Below, piece by piece: positions 9,471 through 17,669 of a stretch of DNA of 64,000 nt; within the stretch, counting starts at the first letter, position 1; each line of letters starts with the position of its first letter. Source of the stretch: Candidatus Latescibacterota bacterium (GTDB taxonomy: Bacteria > Latescibacterota > UBA2968 > UBA8231). Location of the stretch: contig OZ244561.1 in the NCBI GenBank assembly GCA_965217585.1, positions 6,272,001 through 6,336,000 of the forward strand, read 5' to 3'. The notes below the pieces were generated by a model. It made no database searches. It was not told where the DNA came from and worked only from the letters and a program-made list of their open reading frames with translations. Made by a program: the position numbers and the translations under genes.

Positions 9471-10423
9471 GAATCGGTCGAGGCGTGGGCTTCCTCATAG
9501 CTATCGTAGGCTTTGATGATCTTCTGCACGAGTGGGTTGCGTACCACATCCTGTTCGTTGAGCCGAACAAACGCCAAGCCAGCGATCCCAGTCAGAATTT
9601 TGGGCGCGACGACCAAGCCCGAGGGTTGGTCGTCGCTGAGGTCGGTCTGAGTAACGTCGCCGGTAACTACGGCCTTTGAGTGGCTGCCTAGCCGGGTGAG
9701 AAACATCTTCATCTGCTGTGGCGTAGTATTTTGGGCTTCGTCGAGAATAATAAACGAATCGTTGAGGGTACGGCCGCGCATGTAGGCTAGCGGCACGACT
9801 TCGACAATTTTCATGTCCTGCATCCGCCGCAGTCGCTCGGGTTCCATGAGATCTTGTAGTGCGTCGTAGAGCGGGCGTAAGTAGGGGTCAACCTTGTCCT
9901 CAAAAGAGCCAGGCAAAAAACCGAGCTTCTCTCCGGCTTCGACGGCGGGCCGGGCGAGCAGGATGCGAGAGATTTGCTTTTGCCGCAGCGCGGCAACGGC
10001 CATAGCCACCGCTAGGTACGTTTTGCCGGTGCCAGCCGGGCCGACGCCGAAGACCACGTCGTTGTTGTCGATGGCTGCAAGATATTTCGCTTGGCCTTCG
10101 GTGCGGGCGTAGATAGCCGTTTTATAGGTATGGGCTACGGGGTTTGGGAAGGTGCTATGGTCTCCCTTGGGTGGGGTCGGACTACAATGAATCAAGTTCT
10201 CTAGCTCGGCTGCTTCGAGGGGCGGGCCGTGGCGCATGCGTTTTATGAGGTGACTGAGGAAGCCATCGGCCTCGCGCACCGAGGCTTCGGACCCCTTAAG
10301 CGTTAGCTTGTCGCCGCGGGCGACTAGGCGAATGCCGTATCTCTTTTCGAGATGAGCCAAGTGTTGATCGTTGCGCCCGAAGAGGGAGCGGCGATCGATG
10401 CCGGCGATGGAAATGTCCTTCAT
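9467..10423 (-). CDS. phoH: PhoH family ATPase
   Basis: GPAGTGKT, RPAVEAGEKLGFLPG, YMRGRTL, LDEAQN, VTGDVTQTDL; start set at MKDISI because the longer ORF runs into a terminator. Confidence 0.95.
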   Translation of the reverse strand: MKDISIAGIDRRSLFGRNDQHLAHLEKRYGIRLVARGDKLTLKGSEASVREADGFLSHLIKRMRHGPPLEAAELENLIHCSPTPPKGDHSTFPNPVAHTYKTAIYARTEGQAKYLAAIDNNDVVFGVGPAGTGKTYLAVAMAVAALRQKQISRILLARPAVEAGEKLGFLPGSFEDKVDPYLRPLYDALQDLMEPERLRRMQDMKIVEVVPLAYMRGRTLNDSFIILDEAQNTTPQQMKMFLTRLGSHSKAVVTGDVTQTDLSDDQPSGLVVAPKILTGIAGLAFVRLNEQDVVRNPLVQKIIKAYDSYEEAHASTDS

Positions 10424-10444
10424 AGACCTAGTAGCTGGACAAAA

Positions 10445-10500
10445 ATACAAAAAGGGGTTTGAAATCCTTCCCTTAAGCCCGGGAAGGACCAAACCCCTTT
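10445..10500 (-). terminator. Intrinsic terminator after the LysM gene
   Basis: AAAGGGGTTTG..TCCTTCCC / GGGAAGGA..CAAACCCCTTT stem, followed by a T-run on the minus strand. Confidence 0.75.
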
Positions 10501-10536
10501 AAGTCTTGAGATTTATTTAAATCAAGTAGTTGTTAA

Positions 10537-11367
10537 TTACTGGGGAATTTCGAGGACTTGAGCAGGAAAAATCAAGTCTGGCGCGACGATTTGCTGCTTG
10601 TTAGCCTCGTAGATTTTATGCCATTTGCCGGCATTGTTGTAAAGTTCGGCGGCAATTTTGAAGAGGAAGTCTCCTCGGGTGACCAAGTACTGATTTTCGG
10701 CTACCCCGAACGGCACGGCTAAGACTTGGTTGGGGTAGATTAAATCCGGATCTTTGATTTGATCCTTATTCTTCCGGTAGATGCGGGGCCACATGTAGGG
10801 ATCGTCGTATACTTGTTCTTTTTTGGAGATATTCCACAAGTTGTCGCCCCGCACGACCGGGTAGTCAATGACCACGGGTTGGGCTATGCGCGCTTTGAGA
10901 TCGGCGAGCATCTGGTCGATGGTAGCTAGCTTGTCCATCATCTCGGGCAGGGCGGCTATGTTGCTCTGCTTGAGCTCGGCGACTCGGGAGTCGATAGCCG
11001 TGACTTCACCGCGCCGCATAATGAGCACTTCTGGAGCTAGTGCTATCAGACCTTCGAGCTGGGCGATAATAGCGTCGAGTTCACGCCCAAAGGCCATGAC
11101 TTCGGATTCGGAGTGGCCCACTGCTTCGAGGATCTGGGCATTGAGGTCGAGGTTGGCCTGATCGAGCTGGGCAATCTGCATGTTAAGCCCTTCAAGCTGG
11201 GCGTTTAACTCTTCGATCTGGGTGTTAGCCGCGACCTCGCGGTTGACGAGCTCATTCCCCAGAGCCATGTATTCTTCACAGGTCATCTTCTGCTCTTGAG
11301 CAGCGGTGTTTTCGCTCGCTAGGACTAGCAGTGCTAAAGCCAACCCACCAACAGACAACTTCTTCAT
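10537..11367 (-). CDS. Exported coiled-coil protein with two C-terminal LysM domains
   Basis: Signal peptide MKKLSV...TAAQE, heptad-rich middle, YPVVRGDNLWNIS...DLIYPNQVL and YLVTRGDFLFKIA...DLIFPAQVL. Confidence 0.9.
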   Translation of the reverse strand: MKKLSVGGLALALLVLASENTAAQEQKMTCEEYMALGNELVNREVAANTQIEELNAQLEGLNMQIAQLDQANLDLNAQILEAVGHSESEVMAFGRELDAIIAQLEGLIALAPEVLIMRRGEVTAIDSRVAELKQSNIAALPEMMDKLATIDQMLADLKARIAQPVVIDYPVVRGDNLWNISKKEQVYDDPYMWPRIYRKNKDQIKDPDLIYPNQVLAVPFGVAENQYLVTRGDFLFKIAAELYNNAGKWHKIYEANKQQIVAPDLIFPAQVLEIPQ

Positions 11368-11390
11368 GGTCGAACCCTTTCTCATTTAGC

Positions 11391-11663
11391 TTAGTTGGCG
11401 AGGTTGTTTTTGGTAGCGGCTAGTTTGTCTTCTAGTGCTTTTTTAGTGGCTTGCCGCTCGGCGAGTTCACGCTCGAGCTGTGCTTTTTCGGCCTGTAACT
11501 CGGTTACTTTTACTTCGGCGGCCAGAGTGGCTTGGCGTTGTTGTTCTAGATATTCCATGTCTTCCTGCGACGGAGCACGCGAACAGCTAGCGACGAGAGA
11601 CAAAGCCACTACCGACAAGGCGACGCCTAAGTATCTCAAATTCAAAGTGGAAAGACAGCTCAT
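11391..11663 (-). CDS. Small coiled-coil lipoprotein
   Basis: Hydrophobic leader with lipobox VASC, then a continuous heptad pattern; 24 bp upstream of the LysM gene. Confidence 0.75.
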   Translation of the reverse strand: MSCLSTLNLRYLGVALSVVALSLVASCSRAPSQEDMEYLEQQRQATLAAEVKVTELQAEKAQLERELAERQATKKALEDKLAATKNNLAN

Positions 11664-11797
11664 TAAGTAGTTCCCCCACCTAGGCTTAAGGATCAAACAG
11701 TGATCTTACATTAATATACGGGATATGGGCACAAATATAGGCGACCTATAGTGGATGTCAAGCAGAACAAGCGAAAATCTACCCCGCCTGTACGTTT

Positions 11798-13582
11798 TCA
11801 GACAGACCGAATGCCCAATTCGCGCAACTGGCCCAAATCGACGTAAGAAGGGGCGTTTTCCATCAAGCCCACGGCCTTATTGGTCTTGGGGAAGGCGATG
11901 ACTTCGCGGATTGAATCTTCATTGGTGAGCAGGGCGATCAGCCGGTCAAAGCCAAAGGCGATTCCACCGTGTGGTGGGGCACCGTAATCGAGGGCTTCGA
12001 GGAGGAAACCGAATTTGGCCGTGGCTTCTTCAGCGCTAATTTCTAAGAGTTGAAAAAGGCGGGCTTGTACTGATCGCTGAAAAATTCGCATACTGCCCCC
12101 GGCAATCTCATTGCCATTGAGGACCAAGTCATAGGCGCGTGCCCTGACGTCGGCGGGGGTGCTATCCAGTAGGGCGAGGTCCTCTTCTAGGGGGGCCGTG
12201 AAGGGATGGTGCACGGCTGTAAAGCGGCCGGCTTCCTCGTCGCGCTCTAGAAGTGGGAATTGGCTGACCCAGAGGGGCTGCCAAGAATCATCGGACACTA
12301 GCGAGAGGCGCTGGGCGAGCTCCAAGCGCAGCGCTCCGAGTACCTGGGCAACCAGCTTGGGCTGGTCGGCGACAAAGAGCAGGAGATCACCAGGGACGGA
12401 TTCAAGGGCCTCGATCAACAGGGCTTGAGCCGCTTGAGGGAAGAATTTGACGATGGAGGATTCGAGGCCAGCGTCGGTGTGTTTGATCCAGCTAAGTCCC
12501 TTGGCGCCCAGCCCTTGAGCGAAGGCAATTAAATCGTCAATTTGTCCGCGTGAGAACCCACTGCAGCCCTTGACATTTATACCTTTGACTTGACCACCAC
12601 TGTCAAGTACGGAATGGAAGACTTGGAATTGGGAAATGCGCGCTGCTGCCGCTACATCTTTGAGTTCTAAGCCGAAGCGCAGGTCGGGTTTGTCAGAGCC
12701 GAAGCGCTCCATGGCTTCGCGATAGGTGAGTCGCGGAAAGGGATTGGGTAACTCGATTTGGCGTAGCTGACCGAAGAGGGCGCGGGTCAGACCCTCGGCA
12801 ATGGACATGACATGATCCTCGCGCACGAAGGCCATCTCGATGTCGATTTGGGTGAATTCGGGCTGGCGGTCGGCGCGCAAATCTTCGTCGCGGAAGCATT
12901 TAACGATTTGGAAGTAGCGGTCGTAGCCCGCGATCATCAAGAGCTGCTTGTAGGTTTGAGGCGATTGGGGCAGGGCGAAAAACTGCCCGGGATGGACTCG
13001 ACTGGGGACGAGGTAGTCTCGGGCTCCTTCGGGAGTGCTCTTGGTCAGAAACGGCGTTTCAACTTCGATAAAGCCGTGCTCGTCGAGTAGGCGACGCACG
13101 ATCTGGGAACCCCGGTGCCTGAGTAGCAAATTGCCTTGGATACGGGGCCGCCGAAGGTCCAAGTAGCGATACTTGAGCCGGATTTCCTCGCCGGCATCGG
13201 TTTGGTCTTCGATGAGAAAAGGCGGGGTTAGACAGCGGTTGAGGACGCGTAGCTGATCGCAGTTGACCTCAATGGTCCCGGTGGGCAACTGGGGGTTGAC
13301 CATGCCTTCAGGACGGGCCTCGACTTCGCCTTGTACGGCGATGACGTACTCGTTGCGCAGGTGATTGGCCTGCTGATAGGCGATGGGGTCGCGCTGTGGG
13401 TTGAAGACGATTTGGGTAATGCCGTAGCGGTCGCGGAGGTCTATAAAAATAACGCCGCCGTGGTCGCGGCGGCGCCAGACCCAGCCCATCAGCAGGACGT
13501 GCTGACCGATGTCTTTATCTGTGAGAGTGCCGCAATCGTGCGTGCGCTCCCAGTCCCCCAAGCCTTCGCTAGGTTCTTCCAT
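11798..13582 (-). CDS. aspS: Aspartate--tRNA ligase (probably non-discriminating Asp/Asn)
   Basis: RRRDHGGVIFIDLRD, LPQSPQ, CFRDEDLRADRQPEFTQ, GAPPHGGIAFGFDR. Confidence 0.97.
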   Translation of the reverse strand: MEEPSEGLGDWERTHDCGTLTDKDIGQHVLLMGWVWRRRDHGGVIFIDLRDRYGITQIVFNPQRDPIAYQQANHLRNEYVIAVQGEVEARPEGMVNPQLPTGTIEVNCDQLRVLNRCLTPPFLIEDQTDAGEEIRLKYRYLDLRRPRIQGNLLLRHRGSQIVRRLLDEHGFIEVETPFLTKSTPEGARDYLVPSRVHPGQFFALPQSPQTYKQLLMIAGYDRYFQIVKCFRDEDLRADRQPEFTQIDIEMAFVREDHVMSIAEGLTRALFGQLRQIELPNPFPRLTYREAMERFGSDKPDLRFGLELKDVAAAARISQFQVFHSVLDSGGQVKGINVKGCSGFSRGQIDDLIAFAQGLGAKGLSWIKHTDAGLESSIVKFFPQAAQALLIEALESVPGDLLLFVADQPKLVAQVLGALRLELAQRLSLVSDDSWQPLWVSQFPLLERDEEAGRFTAVHHPFTAPLEEDLALLDSTPADVRARAYDLVLNGNEIAGGSMRIFQRSVQARLFQLLEISAEEATAKFGFLLEALDYGAPPHGGIAFGFDRLIALLTNEDSIREVIAFPKTNKAVGLMENAPSYVDLGQLRELGIRSV

Positions 13583-13634
13583 AAGTTACACCTAACCTAA
13601 ATAGTAAGATTTGGATCGCAGGTGGGAAAAAGAT

Positions 13635-13663
13635 AAGGTAGAAGGTAGCTTGGAGGGTGTCAA
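13635..13663 (-). promoter_or_regulatory. Sigma70-type promoter of aspS
   Basis: Minus strand TTGACA-17 nt-TACCTT. Confidence 0.6.
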
Positions 13664-13679
13664 GAAAGGGCGGGGTTGG

Positions 13680-13708
13680 TTGACATGGTGGTTTTTGGTT
13701 CTTTTAAT
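13680..13708 (+). promoter_or_regulatory. Sigma70-type promoter of the cysteine cluster
   Basis: TTGACA-17 nt-TTTAAT, then SD AAGGGGAG and GTG at 13727. Confidence 0.65.
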
Positions 13709-13726
13709 CGAGAAGGGGAGATTTTT

Positions 13727-14659
13727 GTGGCTGGCCTATCGGTCGTCGAACAGATTGGCGATACGCCGCTTTTGCGGCTGAGAGATCCGGCGATTCCGCC
13801 GAGGGTGGAAGTCTATGCTAAGCTGGAGTTCTTCAACCCCGGGGGGTCGGTCAAAGACCGGCCGGCGCGAAGGATGATTGAGGACGGCGAGCAGGATGGA
13901 TCACTAAGGCCGGGCAAGGTCATTTTGGATTCCACTTCTGGAAATACCGGCATTGCCTACGCGATGATCGGTGCGGCCAAGGGCTATCGGGTAAAATTGG
14001 CTATGCCGGCCAATGTCAGTCGCGAGCGCAAGGCCATCCTCGCCGCCTATGGTGCCGAAGTGGTGTACACCGACCCGGGGGAGTTGTCCGACGGGGCCAT
14101 ACGGGAAGCGCGGCAGATATACGAAGCCGATCCCGATCGCTACTTCAAGCCCGACCAATACAACAATCCCGCGAATTGGCACGCCCATCGCGACACCACT
14201 GCACCCGAAATCTGGGAGCAGACCCAAGGCTGCGTCACTCATTTTGTCGCCACCATCGGGACTAGTGGTACGCTGATGGGTACCGGCCGAGGTCTTAGGG
14301 AGTTCAATCCGGCTATCCAGATCATTGCCGCTGAGCCGGCCGAGCCGTTTCACGGCATTGAGGGGCTTAAGCACATGGAGAGTTCAATTGTCCCGGGCAT
14401 CTACGACGAGACCCTCCTCGACTACAAAATACCCATAGATACCGATGATGCTTACGATACTGCACTGCGTCTGCCGGTCGAGCAGGGAGTTCTCATCGGC
14501 CAGTCTGCGGGCGGAGCCTATTGGGCCGCGCTGGAAGTTGCTCGCCAGCTAGATACGGGGGTGGTGGTGACGATATTTTGCGATGGCGGCGACAAGTACA
14601 TGAGTACGCCTATGTGGCGGCTAGCCCTCGATGGCATCAGTAAGCGAAAGGCTGGCTGA
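13727..14659 (+). CDS. cysM: PLP-dependent cysteine synthase, CysM-like (sulfur-carrier dependent)
   Basis: KLEFFNPGGSVKDRPA, STSGNTG, GTSGT; next to JAB and sulfur-carrier genes. Confidence 0.85.
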   Translation: MAGLSVVEQIGDTPLLRLRDPAIPPRVEVYAKLEFFNPGGSVKDRPARRMIEDGEQDGSLRPGKVILDSTSGNTGIAYAMIGAAKGYRVKLAMPANVSRERKAILAAYGAEVVYTDPGELSDGAIREARQIYEADPDRYFKPDQYNNPANWHAHRDTTAPEIWEQTQGCVTHFVATIGTSGTLMGTGRGLREFNPAIQIIAAEPAEPFHGIEGLKHMESSIVPGIYDETLLDYKIPIDTDDAYDTALRLPVEQGVLIGQSAGGAYWAALEVARQLDTGVVVTIFCDGGDKYMSTPMWRLALDGISKRKAG

Positions 14660-15154
14660 ATGCTGCGCATCGCCCACAGGGACTTTGAACGGATTTGCGC
14701 CCAAGCCTTGGCCGAGTATCCACACGAGTGTTGCGGTCTGTTGGTCGATAAGGTGCCGGGCGGGGTGTCCGCTGCCCATGCCTGTACTAATGTACAGCAA
14801 CAGCGGCACGAAGAAGATCCCAAGCACTATCCCCGCGATGCAAGCACGGCCTATCTGATCGACGCAGGCGAGCAGTTACGCATCGCGGAGGCGGCTGAAA
14901 AGGCCGGTGGCTGGATCTCGGGTTGCTATCATTCCCACATTGATTGCGCGGCCTATTTCTCGACCGAAGACGAGAGGCGCACTTGGATATTCAACAGCCG
15001 AGAGGCGGGCGACGACCCGGACGACCCGGACGCGATTTATATGGTGCTCTCAGTATGCGGCGAGGAGGCGGGCAGCCAGAGGAAAGTTCAAGGTTACAAA
15101 TGTTTTGCTTGGGACGGCAGCCGCTACGCCGAAACGGGTGTTGAAATAGTTTAG
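14660..15154 (+). CDS. JAB/MPN (M67, Mec-like) metallopeptidase
   Basis: YPHECCG and YHSHID...YFSTED JAMM motif. Confidence 0.9.
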   Translation: MLRIAHRDFERICAQALAEYPHECCGLLVDKVPGGVSAAHACTNVQQQRHEEDPKHYPRDASTAYLIDAGEQLRIAEAAEKAGGWISGCYHSHIDCAAYFSTEDERRTWIFNSREAGDDPDDPDAIYMVLSVCGEEAGSQRKVQGYKCFAWDGSRYAETGVEIV

Positions 15155-15234
15155 TAAAGCCGCTTCCTAAAAACCGATAAAATGCGGGCGGCAGGGCAGC
15201 AAATATTAACTACATTAACCAAATGGAGGATGAA

Positions 15235-15513
15235 ATGCCGGTTACTGTTCACATTCCCACGCCGTTGCGAAAATTGACCCATAATCAGGCCGAGGTCGTG
15301 CTGGAGGCGGCGACTATTAGCCAGTTGGTAGATGGGCTCGAAGGCACCTACGAGGGCTTGGCCGAGAAACTGCTCGACGGGGGAGGCGAGATCCGCCGCT
15401 ACGTCAATATCTTCGTCAACGACGAAGATATCCGCTTCCTCGACGGCAAGGACACGCCTCTCAACGACGGCGACAGCGTCTCCATCGTCCCAGCCATTGC
15501 CGGCGGCAGTTGA
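15235..15513 (+). CDS. MoaD/ThiS family ubiquitin-like sulfur carrier (CysO-like)
   Basis: VHIPTPLR...YVNIFVNDEDIRFL...SIVPAIAGG-S; SD GGAGG. Confidence 0.9.
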   Translation: MPVTVHIPTPLRKLTHNQAEVVLEAATISQLVDGLEGTYEGLAEKLLDGGGEIRRYVNIFVNDEDIRFLDGKDTPLNDGDSVSIVPAIAGGS

Positions 15514-15550
15514 GGACTACCGTACCGGCTGGCGTTAGGTTTGGTACAGG

Positions 15551-16468
15551 ATGAAACGCGCCCACAATGTGCTGGAGTTAATCGGGGCTACGCCTATGGT
15601 CCGCCTCAGCCGAGTCGTCGGGGAGGATGCCGCCGAGGTATGGGGCAAGTTGGAGGCGACCAATCCCGGTGGCAGTGTCAAAGACCGCATCGCTCTGGCG
15701 ATGATCGAAGCCGCCGAAGAGGAGGGTCTGCTGGCCGAGGGCGGCACGATCATTGAGCCGACTAGCGGCAATACCGGTATTGGCTTGGCCATGGTGGCTG
15801 CCTACAAAGGCTACAAGCTCATCGTCACCATGTTCGATACAGCCAGCCGCGAGCGCCGCTTACAGATGCAGGCTTATGGTGCCGAGGTCGTGCTGACGCC
15901 AGCGGCCGAGGGCATGCGGGGTGCTATCGATAAAGCGCTTGAACTCAAGCGCGAGCATCCAGATTACTTTTTGCCACAGCAGTTTATGAACGCAGCGAAT
16001 CCTGAGATACACCGCCGTACAACCGGCCGTGAGATTTTAGAACAGCTAGATGGCCGAATCGATGCCTTTGTGGCTGGTGTGGGTACTGGGGGGTCGTTGA
16101 CCGGAGTCGGTGAGGTACTCAAGGAGACTCTATCTGCAGTGCGGGTCATCGCCGTCGAGCCTGCTGGGTCGCCCGTGCTTTCAGGTAGGGGAGCTGGGTT
16201 CAGTTATATAGAGGGAATCGGCGCGGGTTTTGTGCCACCGATCCTCAACCTCGAGGTTGTCGACGAGGTGCGAGTCATTACCGACGACGACGCTTATGAA
16301 ATGGCCCGCCGCTTGGCGCGCGAGGAAGGGCTTTTGGTGGGGATTTCAGCCGGAGCCAACGCCTATATCGCCACCCAAGTCGCTCGAGAGCTGGGATCAA
16401 CTGCTCGAGTCGCGACTATCCTCTGCGACAGCGGATTGCGCTACTTGAGTACTCGTGCCTTTGAATGA
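15551..16468 (+). CDS. cysK: Cysteine synthase A
   Basis: KLEATNPGGSVKDRIA, EPTSGNTGIG, GVGTGG, IEGIGAGF, DSGLRYLST. Confidence 0.9.
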   Translation: MKRAHNVLELIGATPMVRLSRVVGEDAAEVWGKLEATNPGGSVKDRIALAMIEAAEEEGLLAEGGTIIEPTSGNTGIGLAMVAAYKGYKLIVTMFDTASRERRLQMQAYGAEVVLTPAAEGMRGAIDKALELKREHPDYFLPQQFMNAANPEIHRRTTGREILEQLDGRIDAFVAGVGTGGSLTGVGEVLKETLSAVRVIAVEPAGSPVLSGRGAGFSYIEGIGAGFVPPILNLEVVDEVRVITDDDAYEMARRLAREEGLLVGISAGANAYIATQVARELGSTARVATILCDSGLRYLSTRAFE

Positions 16469-16477
16469 GAGGAAATA

Positions 16478-16732
16478 TTAGGCCATCGTCTGCACGAGGC
16501 GGCTTAACCGCGACTTGTAGCGAGCGGCGGCATTTTTGTGGATAATGCCTTTGCTGGTGGTCCTGTCGACCATCGAGATCGCCGCCTGTAGAGCGGTTTC
16601 GGCCGAGGCTTTGTCCGGAGCTTGACGGACTTTTTTTAGGGCCGTGCGCATCCGCGAGCGGAGCGCGCGGTTGCGTGCGTAGGCTTTGACGCTAGTGACT
16701 TGGTGCTTTTTGGCAGACTTGAGTTTGGGCAA
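16478..16732 (-). CDS. rpsT: 30S ribosomal protein S20
   Basis: KSAKK...RNRALRSRMRT...KGIIHKNAAARYKSRL; TTG start with SD AAGGAG; upstream TTGCCC-17-TATATT promoter. Confidence 0.96.
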   Translation of the reverse strand: MPKLKSAKKHQVTSVKAYARNRALRSRMRTALKKVRQAPDKASAETALQAAISMVDRTTSKGIIHKNAAARYKSRLSRLVQTMA

Positions 16733-16926
16733 TTTTGCACTCCTTTAATAAAATTGTTAAATATATATGAAGTGGGGAGAGGGGGCAAGGCGAGGTTTCT
16801 GAGGTCTCTTTAACTCGACTTTCATTTGTACCTCGTTCAAAAAGTCGAGATAAGACCGGTAAAAGAGGCGAGCGATTAAACCAGAACAGACCGGAATCCC
16901 GTATAAAATTAGCCCTGTGGTTTATC

Positions 16927-17397
16927 ATGTCCTCTAGCGATCAGATGGGGTTTGATTTTGGCGAGCGGTGCTCTGCTGGCGGCAATGAGCAAATTGCCAC
17001 GCACTGTGCATACTGTCGGCTAGAGATTGAGGTGCCGGCTTGGTATGAGGGCCAAGCGCAGTTGCATTTTTGCGATGCGTCCTGCCGCCTCGCTTGGACA
17101 GAGGCTATGCCCTCGTTAGAGGTTTGCTTAGGGGAGACTTCCAAACGGCGGGGGGCCAATTGGGAACTCCAAGCGCTAAAGGCGCGGACGCGCGATGGCT
17201 TCATCTGCCAGGTATGTGGGGTCAGCGAAGAGGAACTGGGGCGCCAGCTTGACGTACATCACAAGATTCCCTATCGCAGTTTCTCTTCTAATGTAGAGGC
17301 CAATAAGCTGGAACATCTGATTTCAGTTTGCCCCTCTTGCCACTCCAAATTGGAAGCCGAGTTACGCCACGATCTTCCTCTTTTTGCAAAATCTTGA
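16927..17397 (+). CDS. HNH endonuclease with N-terminal Cys4 zinc motif
   Basis: CAYC...FCDASC; GANW...RDGFICQVCG...LDVHHKIP...ANKLEHLISVCPSCH. Confidence 0.85.
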   Translation: MSSSDQMGFDFGERCSAGGNEQIATHCAYCRLEIEVPAWYEGQAQLHFCDASCRLAWTEAMPSLEVCLGETSKRRGANWELQALKARTRDGFICQVCGVSEEELGRQLDVHHKIPYRSFSSNVEANKLEHLISVCPSCHSKLEAELRHDLPLFAKS

Positions 17398-17447
17398 CCT
17401 TTCTACGCGCTAGGTGCTGATAGGCCATATAGTTTAGAAACTACCTC

Positions 17448-17476
17448 TTGCATCCTGGATATTAGATGCGTATTTT
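17448..17476 (+). promoter_or_regulatory. Putative sigma70 promoter of the giant autotransporter
   Basis: TTGCAT-17 nt-TATTTT, nearly the same layout as TTGCGA-17-TATTTT before tRNA-Lys. Confidence 0.5.
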
Positions 17477-17669
17477 GTATTGAGTACGTGAAATGATCTC
17501 AGGCTTCTCTACACGCTCTTCAATTAAGCTATTGTTGTAAGGGTCGCTAAGGGAGAGGAACCATGAGTGGAGGTGGTTGTGGCCTTAGAGCGGCGAGGCG
17601 GCGGTCTAGCGCACAAAGTTGCGTTACAACTTAAACTTAAAACTTAAATCTCTCATTGGAGGGTCAATT

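Noticed and set aside
17534-17634. Known riboswitch (c-di-GMP, c-di-AMP, cobalamin)
   Set aside because: I could not find the diagnostic conserved motifs by eye; kept only as an unclassified structured leader.
17619-17669. Longer N-terminus for the giant protein (TTG 17619)
   Set aside because: ATG 17670 has a clear SD and gives a normal signal peptide.
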